DNA of 64,000 nt from an uncultured virus (IMG/VR IMGVR_UViG_3300027754_000050) (Duplodnaviria; Heunggongvirae; Uroviricota; Caudoviricetes), in IMG/VR virus record IMGVR_UViG_3300027754_000050; one strand, written 5' to 3'. Numbering within the stretch: the stretch's first letter is position 1; each line of letters opens with the position of its first letter. Positions 29,814 through 39,456 of the stretch are shown one piece after another. Both the position numbers and the translations under genes were made by a program. Below the pieces are notes generated by a model. That model searched no databases. It saw nothing but the letters and a program-made list of their open reading frames with translations, and was not told where the DNA came from.

Positions 29814-30344
29814 ATGCATATTTCTTGCCCCAACTGCTCCCAGATTCAAAATGTAAAGAATTACAACTTATTTTCCATACGATTCTGCGAAAGATGCAAA
29901 TGGCATTTTCGAGGAGTTCACGCAGACAAACCTTGTGGTCTAAATTTTTTGTATGAATTCGCTTTGCCAATGTATCACGGTCCACACATAAACGATATAT
30001 CCGATTGTCCCTATTGTGGCACAATGATAGAACTTAATTGGATATACTCTACAAGTGCACCAAGACCATTTGGTCCATATGCCAACAAAGGATATAATGG
30101 TCCTTATGTATGCAAAGGTTGCACTGAAGACCTTCCTTGGGATTATCCATCACAATACAAAGTTGCTCAAGATTCTTATTTCAAGCAACATGGTTTTCCA
30201 TCCCACTGCGAGACGCAAGATGGTATGAATGGATATGAAACATGGGAACCGAGTGTTTCTGATAAACACACAATTGAAGAAAAATTCGAAAGAGCATTTG
30301 AAGGTTTAGGAAAAAAACTACAAAAATGGTTAGGGACCAGCTAA
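29814..30344 (+). CDS. Cys-rich multi-zinc-ribbon protein
   Basis: CPNC, CERC, CPYC and CKGC pairs. Confidence 0.65.
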   Translation: MHISCPNCSQIQNVKNYNLFSIRFCERCKWHFRGVHADKPCGLNFLYEFALPMYHGPHINDISDCPYCGTMIELNWIYSTSAPRPFGPYANKGYNGPYVCKGCTEDLPWDYPSQYKVAQDSYFKQHGFPSHCETQDGMNGYETWEPSVSDKHTIEEKFERAFEGLGKKLQKWLGTS

Positions 30345-30357
30345 AGATGGCTTGCCA

Positions 30358-30672
30358 CTAAAAATCGCAGCCTTGGTCTTCTTGATCTCTAATTTGATTC
30401 ATATATGCATGAGTAACATCCGACATATAGGTTCTTGCAATTGTTATCTTGCTTTCCATCCATTCTTCTAGTTCGGAATTTGAGTCTACAAGTCCTAAAA
30501 GATTTGTTGCATAATCCAATATATCATTAAGATTATTTTTTAGCATTTCGTTATCATCATTTGAAACTTCTTTTTTAATAGTCAGAGATTCATTAGGGTT
30601 TTCACATCCTTGACCTTCAAGTTGAATTTTGTTCGTTGAAATCCATTTTTCAAATGATGTTAATTTTTTCAT
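30358..30672 (-). CDS. Hypothetical phage protein with CTS-like N-terminus
   Basis: MKKLTSFEKWI...LE; LEEWMESKITIA motif. Confidence 0.6.
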   Translation of the reverse strand: MKKLTSFEKWISTNKIQLEGQGCENPNESLTIKKEVSNDDNEMLKNNLNDILDYATNLLGLVDSNSELEEWMESKITIARTYMSDVTHAYMNQIRDQEDQGCDF

Positions 30673-30860
30673 TTATCTTTCCTTAAAATTATGTAAAGTG
30701 CGTGTATGATTCCAGGTATATATCCGAAAAGTGTTAATATTATATTAATTAGAAGCTGTATTCCAAAACCTTCCTTTAATAGAACACCGAGCGGAGGTAT
30801 CAGTATAGACAATATTAACGCCAATAAGTTTTCATCATATTTTTCCATGTTTCCTTTCAA
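30669..30860 (-). CDS. YqaE/Pmp3 family membrane protein
   Basis: ILSILIPPLGV...INIILTLFGYIPGIIHALYII. Confidence 0.92.
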   Translation of the reverse strand: MKGNMEKYDENLLALILSILIPPLGVLLKEGFGIQLLINIILTLFGYIPGIIHALYIILRKDK

Positions 30861-31330
30861 AGCTTACTTGTGACCGTTCCGGAATAATCCGTTCCACCTG
30901 TTTTCAATATAACAACTTTTTCTTTTTCGGTGCCATCTATTGCCGTTTGAGCTTTTGTACTACGAGCAAAAAATTCACTTATTTCCTCAGACAAGCTTTT
31001 AATTACTTTTCTTCCAGCTTTCTCTTTGTTCATGTTTTCGCTCATGAAATCATTAAACATTTCTTCTAAATCTATAAGATAAGCTTTTCCATAAGGTTGT
31101 GTTCCTTGTTCTTTTTGAACTCGATAAGCTAAAGCGTCACCTACTTCATATATTCTGATTCCTTCGAATGGAGCAGAATCAGAGTTGTTCCTTACGAATA
31201 TATGTGAGTCGTCTTGATTGATATAATTTACAACATCAAATTCTGCAGAAGCCAATGCCTTCGATATAATGTGTAAGTGATGTTTTGATTCTCTATTTTT
31301 TCTATCTACAAACTCTAAGAATTGTTTCAT
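30857..31330 (-). CDS. Hypothetical protein with CTS-like N-terminus
   Basis: MKQFLEFVDRKNRE; tightly packed in the operon. Confidence 0.6.
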   Translation of the reverse strand: MKQFLEFVDRKNRESKHHLHIISKALASAEFDVVNYINQDDSHIFVRNNSDSAPFEGIRIYEVGDALAYRVQKEQGTQPYGKAYLIDLEEMFNDFMSENMNKEKAGRKVIKSLSEEISEFFARSTKAQTAIDGTEKEKVVILKTGGTDYSGTVTSKL

Positions 31331-31333
31331 ATT

Positions 31334-32632
31334 TCATCCTTTTTGATATGCTACCATTTTCATCCAATCTTTTATTTTTGATTTTGTTAAACCAATATTG
31401 GAGTTTTTAATTTCATGTGAATCCTTTGGATCAAAGTTATTCTTTGATAACCAATTATAAATTCTCACTAAGTAAGCAATATCTCGTGCTTCTTGGCTTG
31501 TCCAACCGCCAGAAGAAAGTAGATCGTAAACCATTTCTGGATCGTTATCTTTTAATACCCAAGCGGTACTCATCCATCTGTCTCCTTTGAAATTATCAGG
31601 CATTTCATTTGGATCAAATTCTATATTTGGGAAAAGAACAGAGAGAAGATCGATAGAATGAGCCATTTTCATAAATTTTCTAGGATCTGAATCGGGATGC
31701 TCCAGACCTTTAACAAATTCTTTCTTAACCAATTCCCTTGGAAGTTCTGCTACCTTATTCATGTTGTTTTGAAAAGTTTTTTGGTATTCTTCAGGCATAG
31801 TGTCCGGATTGCCATATCTTGAATTTATTCTTAGAAAACGTAATGCCATATTTGGATCTTCTTTTACTCTGTCTGCTATATTATCTCCAACAAACTTCAT
31901 CTCATTGTTTTTTAAGTCCGTTGCTCCTCCGTATGGGTCTATAAGTTCATTGTTGTCCCCATCTGGATTTGTCAAAGGGATATACAGAGAGTTGATGGTA
32001 AGATCTCTGTTGGCTGCGTCTTCTTCTATAGAGGCAGCGGTTTGTTTATCTTCTGGTTCTACGTTTCTACTTTTTGTGTTTTTAGAAAGAGTTGCTAAGT
32101 GGAATTCTTCATTATTAATTTCTATAGTAAACTCTAATTCTTTTCCTTGCTTGTCCCATTTAGAAAAATAGAATACTTTGTGTCCAGCACTATTTTCTGG
32201 AAGTTTTTCGTAACGACTTTCGTGATTGTGCTTCAAATCTTTAGGCTTTATTTCTACAAAATTTTCTTCTGATTTAGAGAGAATCATTTTTATTTCGCTC
32301 ACAGTAGCATCTGTTACTATGTCATAGTTTTTTGGAGTCTTACCTTTTAGGTGGTCTCGAACCGCCCCTCCGGTTAAATAAAGTATTTTTTTCTTGAGCT
32401 GTGGCTCGACTTCACCTTTAGACTTATCTATTGTTGTATATCCAACACCAACCTGATTTGATGAAGCAAATGCTTTTATTAATGGTCGTAAATTTGAATG
32501 AGAATTTTTATTTACATAGAATGGAGCAAACTCCTTAGATCCTGTATTTTTTTGCAATTTTATTTTAGAAGTTATAAAACTTTTTTCTTTAGATTCTTCT
32601 TCTTTAATCTGAGCGTATTGTGAAAATTTCAT
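31334..32632 (-). CDS. Class II tRNA nucleotidyltransferase (CCA/poly(A) polymerase family), divergent active site
   Basis: LYLTGGAVRDHLKGKTPKNYDIVT; EEDAANRDLTINSLY; IDPYGGATDL; RVKEDPNMALRFLR. Confidence 0.85.
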   Translation of the reverse strand: MKFSQYAQIKEEESKEKSFITSKIKLQKNTGSKEFAPFYVNKNSHSNLRPLIKAFASSNQVGVGYTTIDKSKGEVEPQLKKKILYLTGGAVRDHLKGKTPKNYDIVTDATVSEIKMILSKSEENFVEIKPKDLKHNHESRYEKLPENSAGHKVFYFSKWDKQGKELEFTIEINNEEFHLATLSKNTKSRNVEPEDKQTAASIEEDAANRDLTINSLYIPLTNPDGDNNELIDPYGGATDLKNNEMKFVGDNIADRVKEDPNMALRFLRINSRYGNPDTMPEEYQKTFQNNMNKVAELPRELVKKEFVKGLEHPDSDPRKFMKMAHSIDLLSVLFPNIEFDPNEMPDNFKGDRWMSTAWVLKDNDPEMVYDLLSSGGWTSQEARDIAYLVRIYNWLSKNNFDPKDSHEIKNSNIGLTKSKIKDWMKMVAYQKG

Positions 32633-32689
32633 TAATTTTTCCTGTTCTGCAATAATCGATAAATTATTTAGTTTTTAAAACTTAATTTT

Positions 32690-32989
32690 TCAAGGAGGAG
32701 ATTGTATTCCTAAAATATAAAGTATATATCCAGCAAGTATCATTATCGCTATTTTCCAGAAAAAATCAAATATGCCAGACCATCTCACATCATGATTGCC
32801 AAGTCTAATCTTTGTGTTCTCTAGTTTAAGTTCTATTTCTTGAACTTTAGATTCAATGTATTTTATATTTGATTCTATTGATTCTTGATTTTCTCCGAGT
32901 ATTTTTACTCTTTCATCAATCCTAGAAACTAAATTCGTTACTATAGTAATGTGGTCAGACATCAGAATATTAGGTGTTTGTTTTGCCAT
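32690..32989 (-). CDS. Small coiled-coil protein with C-terminal TM helix (holin/XhlA-like)
   Basis: SRIDERV...coiled coil, then WKIAIMILAGYILYILG. Confidence 0.5.
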   Translation of the reverse strand: MAKQTPNILMSDHITIVTNLVSRIDERVKILGENQESIESNIKYIESKVQEIELKLENTKIRLGNHDVRWSGIFDFFWKIAIMILAGYILYILGIQSPP

Positions 32990-33030
32990 GTTCTTCCATT
33001 TATATAACCCTACATTCTATATATTAAGCT

Positions 33031-33603
33031 ATGACAAAACAACAAAAAGAAGAAAAAGTAGAAATTCAGGAAATAGATCCGATGCAGGAGCAATCCGCAG
33101 AAGAATCTAATACTGATATTTCTAATGCAGCCCGTAATGATATAGATTATACAGAAATCAGGCAAGAAGATATTGAAGATATGGTTCCAAAAATGAACGT
33201 CTCAATACAAGGCCCACCACAAAAAGATGCAACAATGTTGATATCTGATGATCAATACCTAGAGATTCTTGGGGATATACTGACAAATATAAAAGAAGAT
33301 AGAAAACAAGTAAGTGATTATATAGATAACTTCGCCAATATGGTTATGAATGACGGCGATGCTACCACTTCTACAAAAGAATCTCTTGTAAACTTGGTGA
33401 AAATAAAGACTGATTTACAAGACAAAATGCTAAAAGCAGCAGATTTAATGACAAGGCTAAAAATCAAAAACACATACGCATATTCAGGGCAGCATTTAAA
33501 TGCAATGCAACAGAATAATTTCAATATCGGCTCAGACACAGACTTTAGTAGAAGAGAACTAATAAAAGCAATAAACCAAGCAAAGAAGAATAAAAAGGAA
33601 TAA
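33031..33603 (+). CDS. Hypothetical protein
   Basis: 190-aa ORF coupled to the next gene. Confidence 0.65.
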   Translation: MTKQQKEEKVEIQEIDPMQEQSAEESNTDISNAARNDIDYTEIRQEDIEDMVPKMNVSIQGPPQKDATMLISDDQYLEILGDILTNIKEDRKQVSDYIDNFANMVMNDGDATTSTKESLVNLVKIKTDLQDKMLKAADLMTRLKIKNTYAYSGQHLNAMQQNNFNIGSDTDFSRRELIKAINQAKKNKKE

Positions 33604-33604
33604 A

Positions 33605-34894
33605 ATGAAACATGCATTAGAAGAATGGCTCCAAGAAGCTAGTGGAGACGTAGCTTCAGGACAATCTCCAATGGTAGCACCAGATAACATGGCTGCACCG
33701 GACATGGCTGCACCAGATATGGCAGCACCCGATATGGCAGCACCAGACAACATGGCTGCACCAGATATGGCTGCTTCAACAGGAGCAACGGATGTTACAC
33801 AAGATCCAGACGCACCAGATATGCCAACAGAAATCAATGAACAAGATTTTGAACAATGGAAAAGCACTTTTTTCAAAGAATCTGTTAAAGGTGATGCAAA
33901 TAAACTTATAGAGTTAATACAACAAGTAAGAGATCTGCCATTGGACTCTTATCCAAGAAAATTTGTAGAAGATAATCTACAAGTATGCTTTTTACGTCAA
34001 CATGCAAATATAGACAAAGCTAGTAAAGAAATAAGAAAACGTATTAAAAATGACCTCGATAGAAACAATCCATCTGTATCTCTTGTTAATCATATGGACA
34101 GCACATTACAAACTATGCCAGAGCTAAACAGTGTTTTTATAAAACTAAAAGGTCTTTTAGGAATGAAAGGGGACTTGCACAGGAAATTTATTTCATCTCT
34201 TTTCGGTGGAATACAAGTAGGTACAGGCGGCAATAATGAGGACGTAATCTATAATGAACGCGACTATTCAATTCGTTTATCAACACGATATAATGATAAA
34301 TGGGGCAAACTAGATATTGGCAAATGGTGTTTAAAAGAAGACGACGCAGACAGATACCTCACAGATCCTGAGCAAAAAAGACTAGAAGAAGGATCGCCAG
34401 AAGAAAAAGATGTTCTTAGACGTAGGATCGTTATTGAAAGTATTTCTGACGTATTCAAAAAAAGAGGGTTCATAATCAATGTAGTCGGATCAGATGGAAC
34501 AATTTACACATTAGGGTGGGATATTTCTGGTAGCATCTCGAATGCTTATACAGAGGGAAAACTAGTTGTAAAAACAAGTCAAAACGAAAATTCAGAAGCT
34601 ATGATAAACGATGAAGGCAACATAGTTCCGTATGTAGATATTAAAATAAAGTACTCCAAAGAAACCGGCGATATGGATGAAGACGGAAAGCCACTAAAAG
34701 AAGAACATGATTTTATAGAGAGAATAGATGGAATTCTTTTTTTAACAGCACAATTCAATATCATACAGGAAGCAGCATCTTCTTTCACAGGAATGGTTTT
34801 AAAAGAGCTTCCATATAACGGAAACCCAAGTGATTTAATGATAATACAAAGGTGTGTACCATCATCTGTTGAGCTAATGATGCGGAGTTGCTAG
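33605..34894 (+). CDS. Hypothetical protein with CTS-like N-terminus and MAAPD repeats
   Basis: MKHALEEWLQE; ~6 MAAPD units. Confidence 0.7.
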   Translation: MKHALEEWLQEASGDVASGQSPMVAPDNMAAPDMAAPDMAAPDMAAPDNMAAPDMAASTGATDVTQDPDAPDMPTEINEQDFEQWKSTFFKESVKGDANKLIELIQQVRDLPLDSYPRKFVEDNLQVCFLRQHANIDKASKEIRKRIKNDLDRNNPSVSLVNHMDSTLQTMPELNSVFIKLKGLLGMKGDLHRKFISSLFGGIQVGTGGNNEDVIYNERDYSIRLSTRYNDKWGKLDIGKWCLKEDDADRYLTDPEQKRLEEGSPEEKDVLRRRIVIESISDVFKKRGFIINVVGSDGTIYTLGWDISGSISNAYTEGKLVVKTSQNENSEAMINDEGNIVPYVDIKIKYSKETGDMDEDGKPLKEEHDFIERIDGILFLTAQFNIIQEAASSFTGMVLKELPYNGNPSDLMIIQRCVPSSVELMMRSC

Positions 34895-34921
34895 TTGCAG
34901 TCAATTACGCTGCCAGATAAA

Positions 34922-34994
34922 GGCCCACAGAGGGAATTGAACCCACAACCTACTAATTACAAATCAGTTGCTCTGCCAATTGAGCTATGCGGGC
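34922..34994 (-). tRNA. tRNA-Thr(TGT), no encoded CCA
   Basis: GCCCGCA acceptor pairs with TGTGGGC; D loop AGCTCAATTGGCAGAGC; anticodon loop TTTGTAA; GGTTCAATTCC T arm. Confidence 0.9.
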
Positions 34995-35011
34995 GGTAAC
35001 AAAGTACTAAC

Positions 35012-35038
35012 TAATGTAGTGTATAATTTTGATTTTTT
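35012..35038 (-). promoter_or_regulatory. Putative ncRNA promoter (copy of 7087-7113)
   Basis: AAAAAATCAAAATTATACACTACATTA on the minus strand, ending 17 bp before tRNA-Thr. Confidence 0.6.
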
Positions 35039-35301
35039 CCAATCTAATAAAACATATAATTTTAATAAAAGTGGTTTAAAATCCATTCTTTAAACCTATT
35101 TTACGTTCAATTGCACCTTGATCTACCAATCCGCTAAAAATGTGTGCTAAATGATAATAGTTTTGGGTCAAATTGTATTTTTTTGTTATTAAGCAGAAAT
35201 AATGCGAATTTAACGCATATTAAACAAAATATATCTTTCTAATTCATTAAGTGAGGTCTTGAAACCGTATATAAGGTATCAAGAAATGAAAGGAAGCATT
35301 T

Positions 35302-35715
35302 ATGTGTAAATTACAAAATTATAGAAAATTGGTTAACATACTGAAGAAAAAATGCCCACTAGCGTATCCAGTAAGCGTTAGGAGGGTCAAGCTAAAAGAT
35401 TTGGAAGGAGACTGTGGGCTTGAATCAAAACGGTTCTATATTCGAATCAGCCGGTCATTAAAAGAATCTGGGGCTATTGATACGTTAATACACGAATGGG
35501 CACATGCTAGAGCCTGGAATCACCTACATGATAAACTTAGTGTAAAAGAATTAGAAGATAGGTCTCATGATGCTTCGTGGGGTGTTGCATATAGTGAAGT
35601 TTATATGATATTTGAGCAAAATTTCTTTTTAGAAAATGACGATCCTGTTTGTAAAACAGTTTGTAAAAAATGCTGCAATTCTACAAAACAAAAAAATGAC
35701 AGAAAAAAGATTTAA
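35302..35715 (+). CDS. Zincin-like HExxH protein
   Basis: DTLIHEWAHARAW...HDASWG. Confidence 0.65.
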   Translation: MCKLQNYRKLVNILKKKCPLAYPVSVRRVKLKDLEGDCGLESKRFYIRISRSLKESGAIDTLIHEWAHARAWNHLHDKLSVKELEDRSHDASWGVAYSEVYMIFEQNFFLENDDPVCKTVCKKCCNSTKQKNDRKKI

Positions 35716-35736
35716 AAATTACACTATATTGTTAGT

Positions 35737-36606
35737 ATGGACTACCTTGTTAACATAGAAAATACACCTTATTATCAATGGCAAATTGAGCTTCTTATAG
35801 AAAGCTTTAATGAAAAAAATGTCGCCGGAAATCTTTGCGTAGTTTTGCCAGTGCTCAATAATAATGATGTAATAAACAAGTATTTTTATAGAAATATTGC
35901 CAAGCACAACAGAAAAGTTCAATTCCATAATTTTGGAGAGAAAAAAGGTTGTGTATTATTAAACAAAATATATGCATTGCAATTAGCTTTATCTAACAAC
36001 CTAATTTCTCAGCCATTTGCTTTAATCGAGGCAGATTTAGTTCTGAAAAATCATGTTCCACTTACTAGCAACTCAGGGTTTCCTGAATTTTCTTTTTCTA
36101 TGGACCCATTTTTCACATTAGACTTAGCAGAAGAGTCTATGGGTCCATTTTGGTCTTGGTTTGGTAAAGATAAAACAGACATACAAACAAAATGGCTTTC
36201 AATTGGAGAATGTTATGCCTTTAATGGTTTCCCTCCACATTTCTTTTACAAAGTGGTAGCAGATGCAGAGGAACTAGCACTACGACAGATGTTAGAAGGG
36301 AAAAAAGTATGGGAGCACACCGTAAAAATAGCATTTATACTTAATATTATTGATAACTTCCAGAATATACGATGCCAAGGAGATTATGGCATAGTAATGC
36401 CACTCATGTCATCTGGAGAAACTTCTTTTATAAGTTATAAAACAGGATTCTTGCCAAGCTTTCATAAGAATATGTTTCAATATGTTGGTAATCTATCAGT
36501 CTCTTTAGGAGATCCTATAGAGGTTTTATCTCAAATACACTCTTCGCCAAATGCTGAGTATGTTTCACATATCGCAGCTCAAAGCATTTCAAAAAGAACG
36601 GGCTAA
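35737..36606 (+). CDS. Putative glycosyltransferase (HPAT/SERGT-like)
   Basis: YYQWQIELLIESF, LNKIYAL and LIEADLV resemble motifs of hydroxyproline/serine O-glycosyltransferases. Confidence 0.4.
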   Translation: MDYLVNIENTPYYQWQIELLIESFNEKNVAGNLCVVLPVLNNNDVINKYFYRNIAKHNRKVQFHNFGEKKGCVLLNKIYALQLALSNNLISQPFALIEADLVLKNHVPLTSNSGFPEFSFSMDPFFTLDLAEESMGPFWSWFGKDKTDIQTKWLSIGECYAFNGFPPHFFYKVVADAEELALRQMLEGKKVWEHTVKIAFILNIIDNFQNIRCQGDYGIVMPLMSSGETSFISYKTGFLPSFHKNMFQYVGNLSVSLGDPIEVLSQIHSSPNAEYVSHIAAQSISKRTG

Positions 36607-36607
36607 A

Positions 36608-37426
36608 ATGGGTAAAATAGGATTTTGTTTTACAGGAGAAGGAGCACGTGGTTCTATTCAATCTGGAATAGCACTCGGTTTATATAATAATGGAATTAAG
36701 GCAGACTATACAATTGGAGTATCTTCTGGTTCTATTTGTTCTGCTGCCTATTCTTATCTTGGTGCACAAGGTCTTACAGAAATGTGGCGGGATATAGATA
36801 ATATTTTTAGTGTATTCTCATTAAATTTTAATTTAAATTCCACAGGACTTTTAAATCAAAAGCCAATGGAAAAAATAGTTAAAAAAGCATTAAAAAATAA
36901 ACCAATTTGTGAAACAACTGTCTGCCGAATGAATATAGAAACGGGAGAGATGCAGTATGTTTCAAATCAGGCTTGCTCAATAGAAGAATTTGAAGAAGCT
37001 GTATTAGGAAGTGTAGCTATTACAGCACTTGTAAATGATAGAAATGGATGGGTAGATGCAGGAAGCAGACAATTAGCCCCATTAGAACAATGTATTCAGG
37101 CTGGTTGTGATGAAATCTATGTTGTAATGGGTCGTCCATTAGCTATGGTACATTGGAAAAAACCATCCGGATTTTTAAAGCCAATAAAAATGGCTTTTAG
37201 AGCATTTGATATTAACCTTCATGAAATAATGGTTAGAGACATTTCGTCTTGCATAAGAAATGAAGATGACCCAAAATATAAAAATGTTAATATACATTTA
37301 GTAGAACCAAACGAACTCCTTTTTGAAAGTATATATTTTAGCAAATGTAAACTTGGAGTTGAATACGGGTTAAACAATTATTCGATTAGTGACAAAAAAG
37401 GAATAGCTGCAATGACTGTAAAATAA
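36608..37426 (+). CDS. Patatin-like phospholipase
   Basis: GEGARG glycine loop, GVSSG nucleophile, DAG motif. Confidence 0.85.
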   Translation: MGKIGFCFTGEGARGSIQSGIALGLYNNGIKADYTIGVSSGSICSAAYSYLGAQGLTEMWRDIDNIFSVFSLNFNLNSTGLLNQKPMEKIVKKALKNKPICETTVCRMNIETGEMQYVSNQACSIEEFEEAVLGSVAITALVNDRNGWVDAGSRQLAPLEQCIQAGCDEIYVVMGRPLAMVHWKKPSGFLKPIKMAFRAFDINLHEIMVRDISSCIRNEDDPKYKNVNIHLVEPNELLFESIYFSKCKLGVEYGLNNYSISDKKGIAAMTVK

Positions 37427-37469
37427 CAGTCAATTAATCCAGTTTGAAAATCCCACCTTCGTCCACTGT

Positions 37470-37679
37470 TCACCAATGACGAATGATGCTTGCAATTACA
37501 AATGCACAAGTTACGAAATTAACCAAAACTATAAAGAATTTTATAGCAAAACTAATCAATGCTTCTTGCATTGTTAATATTGGAATATCCGGTAAGTCAG
37601 TATCTGTTTTTCCAACTCTGTGATCTATTGTTCTAGCAAGCACCAAGAAAAATCTGTATATTACACCTAATTTGTTCAT
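37470..37679 (-). CDS. Small membrane protein
   Basis: Hydrophobic C-terminus ending IASIIRHW. Confidence 0.6.
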   Translation of the reverse strand: MNKLGVIYRFFLVLARTIDHRVGKTDTDLPDIPILTMQEALISFAIKFFIVLVNFVTCAFVIASIIRHW

Positions 37680-37847
37680 ACTTTATATAATATTTGGAAT
37701 GCTAAAATTTTTAGCGATAGGTGCGGGACTAGCTTAAGATGCTTTTTTTGGCGGATAGGCAGGAAAAAATTGTCCTTGAATGATAGAGCTTATTGTGGTA
37801 AGTTTTAGCACGACAGAACCTATTCAAAAAACAGATCCAATAATACC

Positions 37848-38222
37848 ATGTTCATTTTGAAAAGAAATAGCAAAAAAAAGTATTGTGATTTATGTGGTCA
37901 AGTTTTGGATTTATTTACAAGCTCTCACAAAACACAACCATTTGTCGACGGGAGGATGTATGAAAAAATGTGTTTAACATGTTTTTTTGTTCCTAAAACT
38001 ATTGTGCAAACGTATGACTCTAAGGGACTTGTAAAGGATGAAACTAACGTCCCATATTCATGCAGTAGCTTGCATACACCAAAAGAGATATTTAATCAGG
38101 GAAGCTCCGATAGTTTAAAACAAGCAAAAATATCTGTTAGTAAAATTATTGCCGCTTGTTCCCGTGGGAAAAAACTAAAAGAATCAGCTCGCCCAAAACC
38201 TGATTGGAGACTAATCGAATGA
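37848..38222 (+). CDS. Hypothetical Zn-binding protein
   Basis: CDLC and CLTC. Confidence 0.6.
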   Translation: MFILKRNSKKKYCDLCGQVLDLFTSSHKTQPFVDGRMYEKMCLTCFFVPKTIVQTYDSKGLVKDETNVPYSCSSLHTPKEIFNQGSSDSLKQAKISVSKIIAACSRGKKLKESARPKPDWRLIE

Positions 38223-38662
38223 GCGATATAAATTACTGTTGGAGCGATTTAAAAAATGATTTGCTTTCTATTGTAGCACAAATCAATACAACAGAATGGA
38301 TGCCTGATGTTATTGTTGGAATTAAAAGAGGTGGATTAATCCCAGCAGTAAGTATAAGTCATTATATGAACAGACCTTTGTACGTTGTTTCATGTCAATT
38401 GCGAGATGGCGAAAACAGTGTAGATCTTTTAGATTCAATAAAAATACAGAAAGACAAGAGAATACTTGTTGTAGATGATATTTGTGATAGTGGAGATACT
38501 TTTGAAAAAGTGTTAGATACAATGAAAAAATTTGGACAAAACGATATAAAAACATGTTGTATTTTTCAAAATATTAGACAAAATTTTATTGCCGATTTCA
38601 AAGCAAAAAAAATAGACAGAGAGATAGACAGAAGGTGGATAGTATTTCCATGGGAACGTTAA
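38219..38662 (+). CDS. Purine phosphoribosyltransferase (Gpt/Hpt-like)
   Basis: VGIKRGGLIPA; ILVVDDICDSGDT PRPP motif; WIVFPWE. Confidence 0.9.
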   Translation: MSDINYCWSDLKNDLLSIVAQINTTEWMPDVIVGIKRGGLIPAVSISHYMNRPLYVVSCQLRDGENSVDLLDSIKIQKDKRILVVDDICDSGDTFEKVLDTMKKFGQNDIKTCCIFQNIRQNFIADFKAKKIDREIDRRWIVFPWER

Positions 38663-38680
38663 TATCGTTATTGGATGAAG

Positions 38681-39442
38681 CTAATCAATTAAATTCTTCA
38701 TAATGTTTTTTATCCATTTGTTATGCTTCATTACTCTTGTATGAGCACTTTCGTCTCCATAACTAGAATCAGGTTTTTTATCAGCAGCTAAAACAAACGA
38801 GTTAATTCCGGCAAGTTTTCCATCAATAAATAATCCTCCTCCACTGTCCCCGTGAGCAATACAAAATTCTAATGAAGTGAAATTTTGTTTGCTCATTGTG
38901 CAAAAAATAATGTCTCCTGTGACGGAGTCTACTTTGTTGCTACCAGCACGCCTTAAATTGTCAATTTTATTTTCTCCTGTGTACCCTGTTCCTGTGGACC
39001 CAAAACCAGCTATTCCACAGATTTTTCCAGTTTCATCATCGTTTTCATAAAGAGCAGGATAAAAAGGAATGTCTATTTCTTTCTTTGCATAACAAATAGC
39101 AATATCATTTTCACTAATTTTACCCAAAATGAAATCAGGATGTTTCACTATTTTGTCTAACAATATAACTTTGTCATCCACTACTATATGAGCATGCATC
39201 GCATCTTCGACAACATGAGCTGCGGTTAAAACCCAATGTGCATCAATGACAACAGCAGATCCGAAAGAGAATGTTGTGCTGTTTTTTTCATCATTTGTTA
39301 CACAATAAATTTTTACTACACTGTGATAATCTTTTGCATACTCTAAATATTTTGAATCTTCTACGTTATGACGTATGGTTCCGCCATTAGACACGATTGA
39401 CATACTTGAAAGTATGGCAAAAGCAAAAATCTTTAAGAGCAT
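38681..39442 (-). CDS. Secreted trypsin-like serine protease
   Basis: Signal peptide; WVLTAAHV, NDIAI, GDSGGGL. Confidence 0.9.
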   Translation of the reverse strand: MLLKIFAFAILSSMSIVSNGGTIRHNVEDSKYLEYAKDYHSVVKIYCVTNDEKNSTTFSFGSAVVIDAHWVLTAAHVVEDAMHAHIVVDDKVILLDKIVKHPDFILGKISENDIAICYAKKEIDIPFYPALYENDDETGKICGIAGFGSTGTGYTGENKIDNLRRAGSNKVDSVTGDIIFCTMSKQNFTSLEFCIAHGDSGGGLFIDGKLAGINSFVLAADKKPDSSYGDESAHTRVMKHNKWIKNIMKNLID

Positions 39443-39456
39443 TATGCTCCTTTCAT

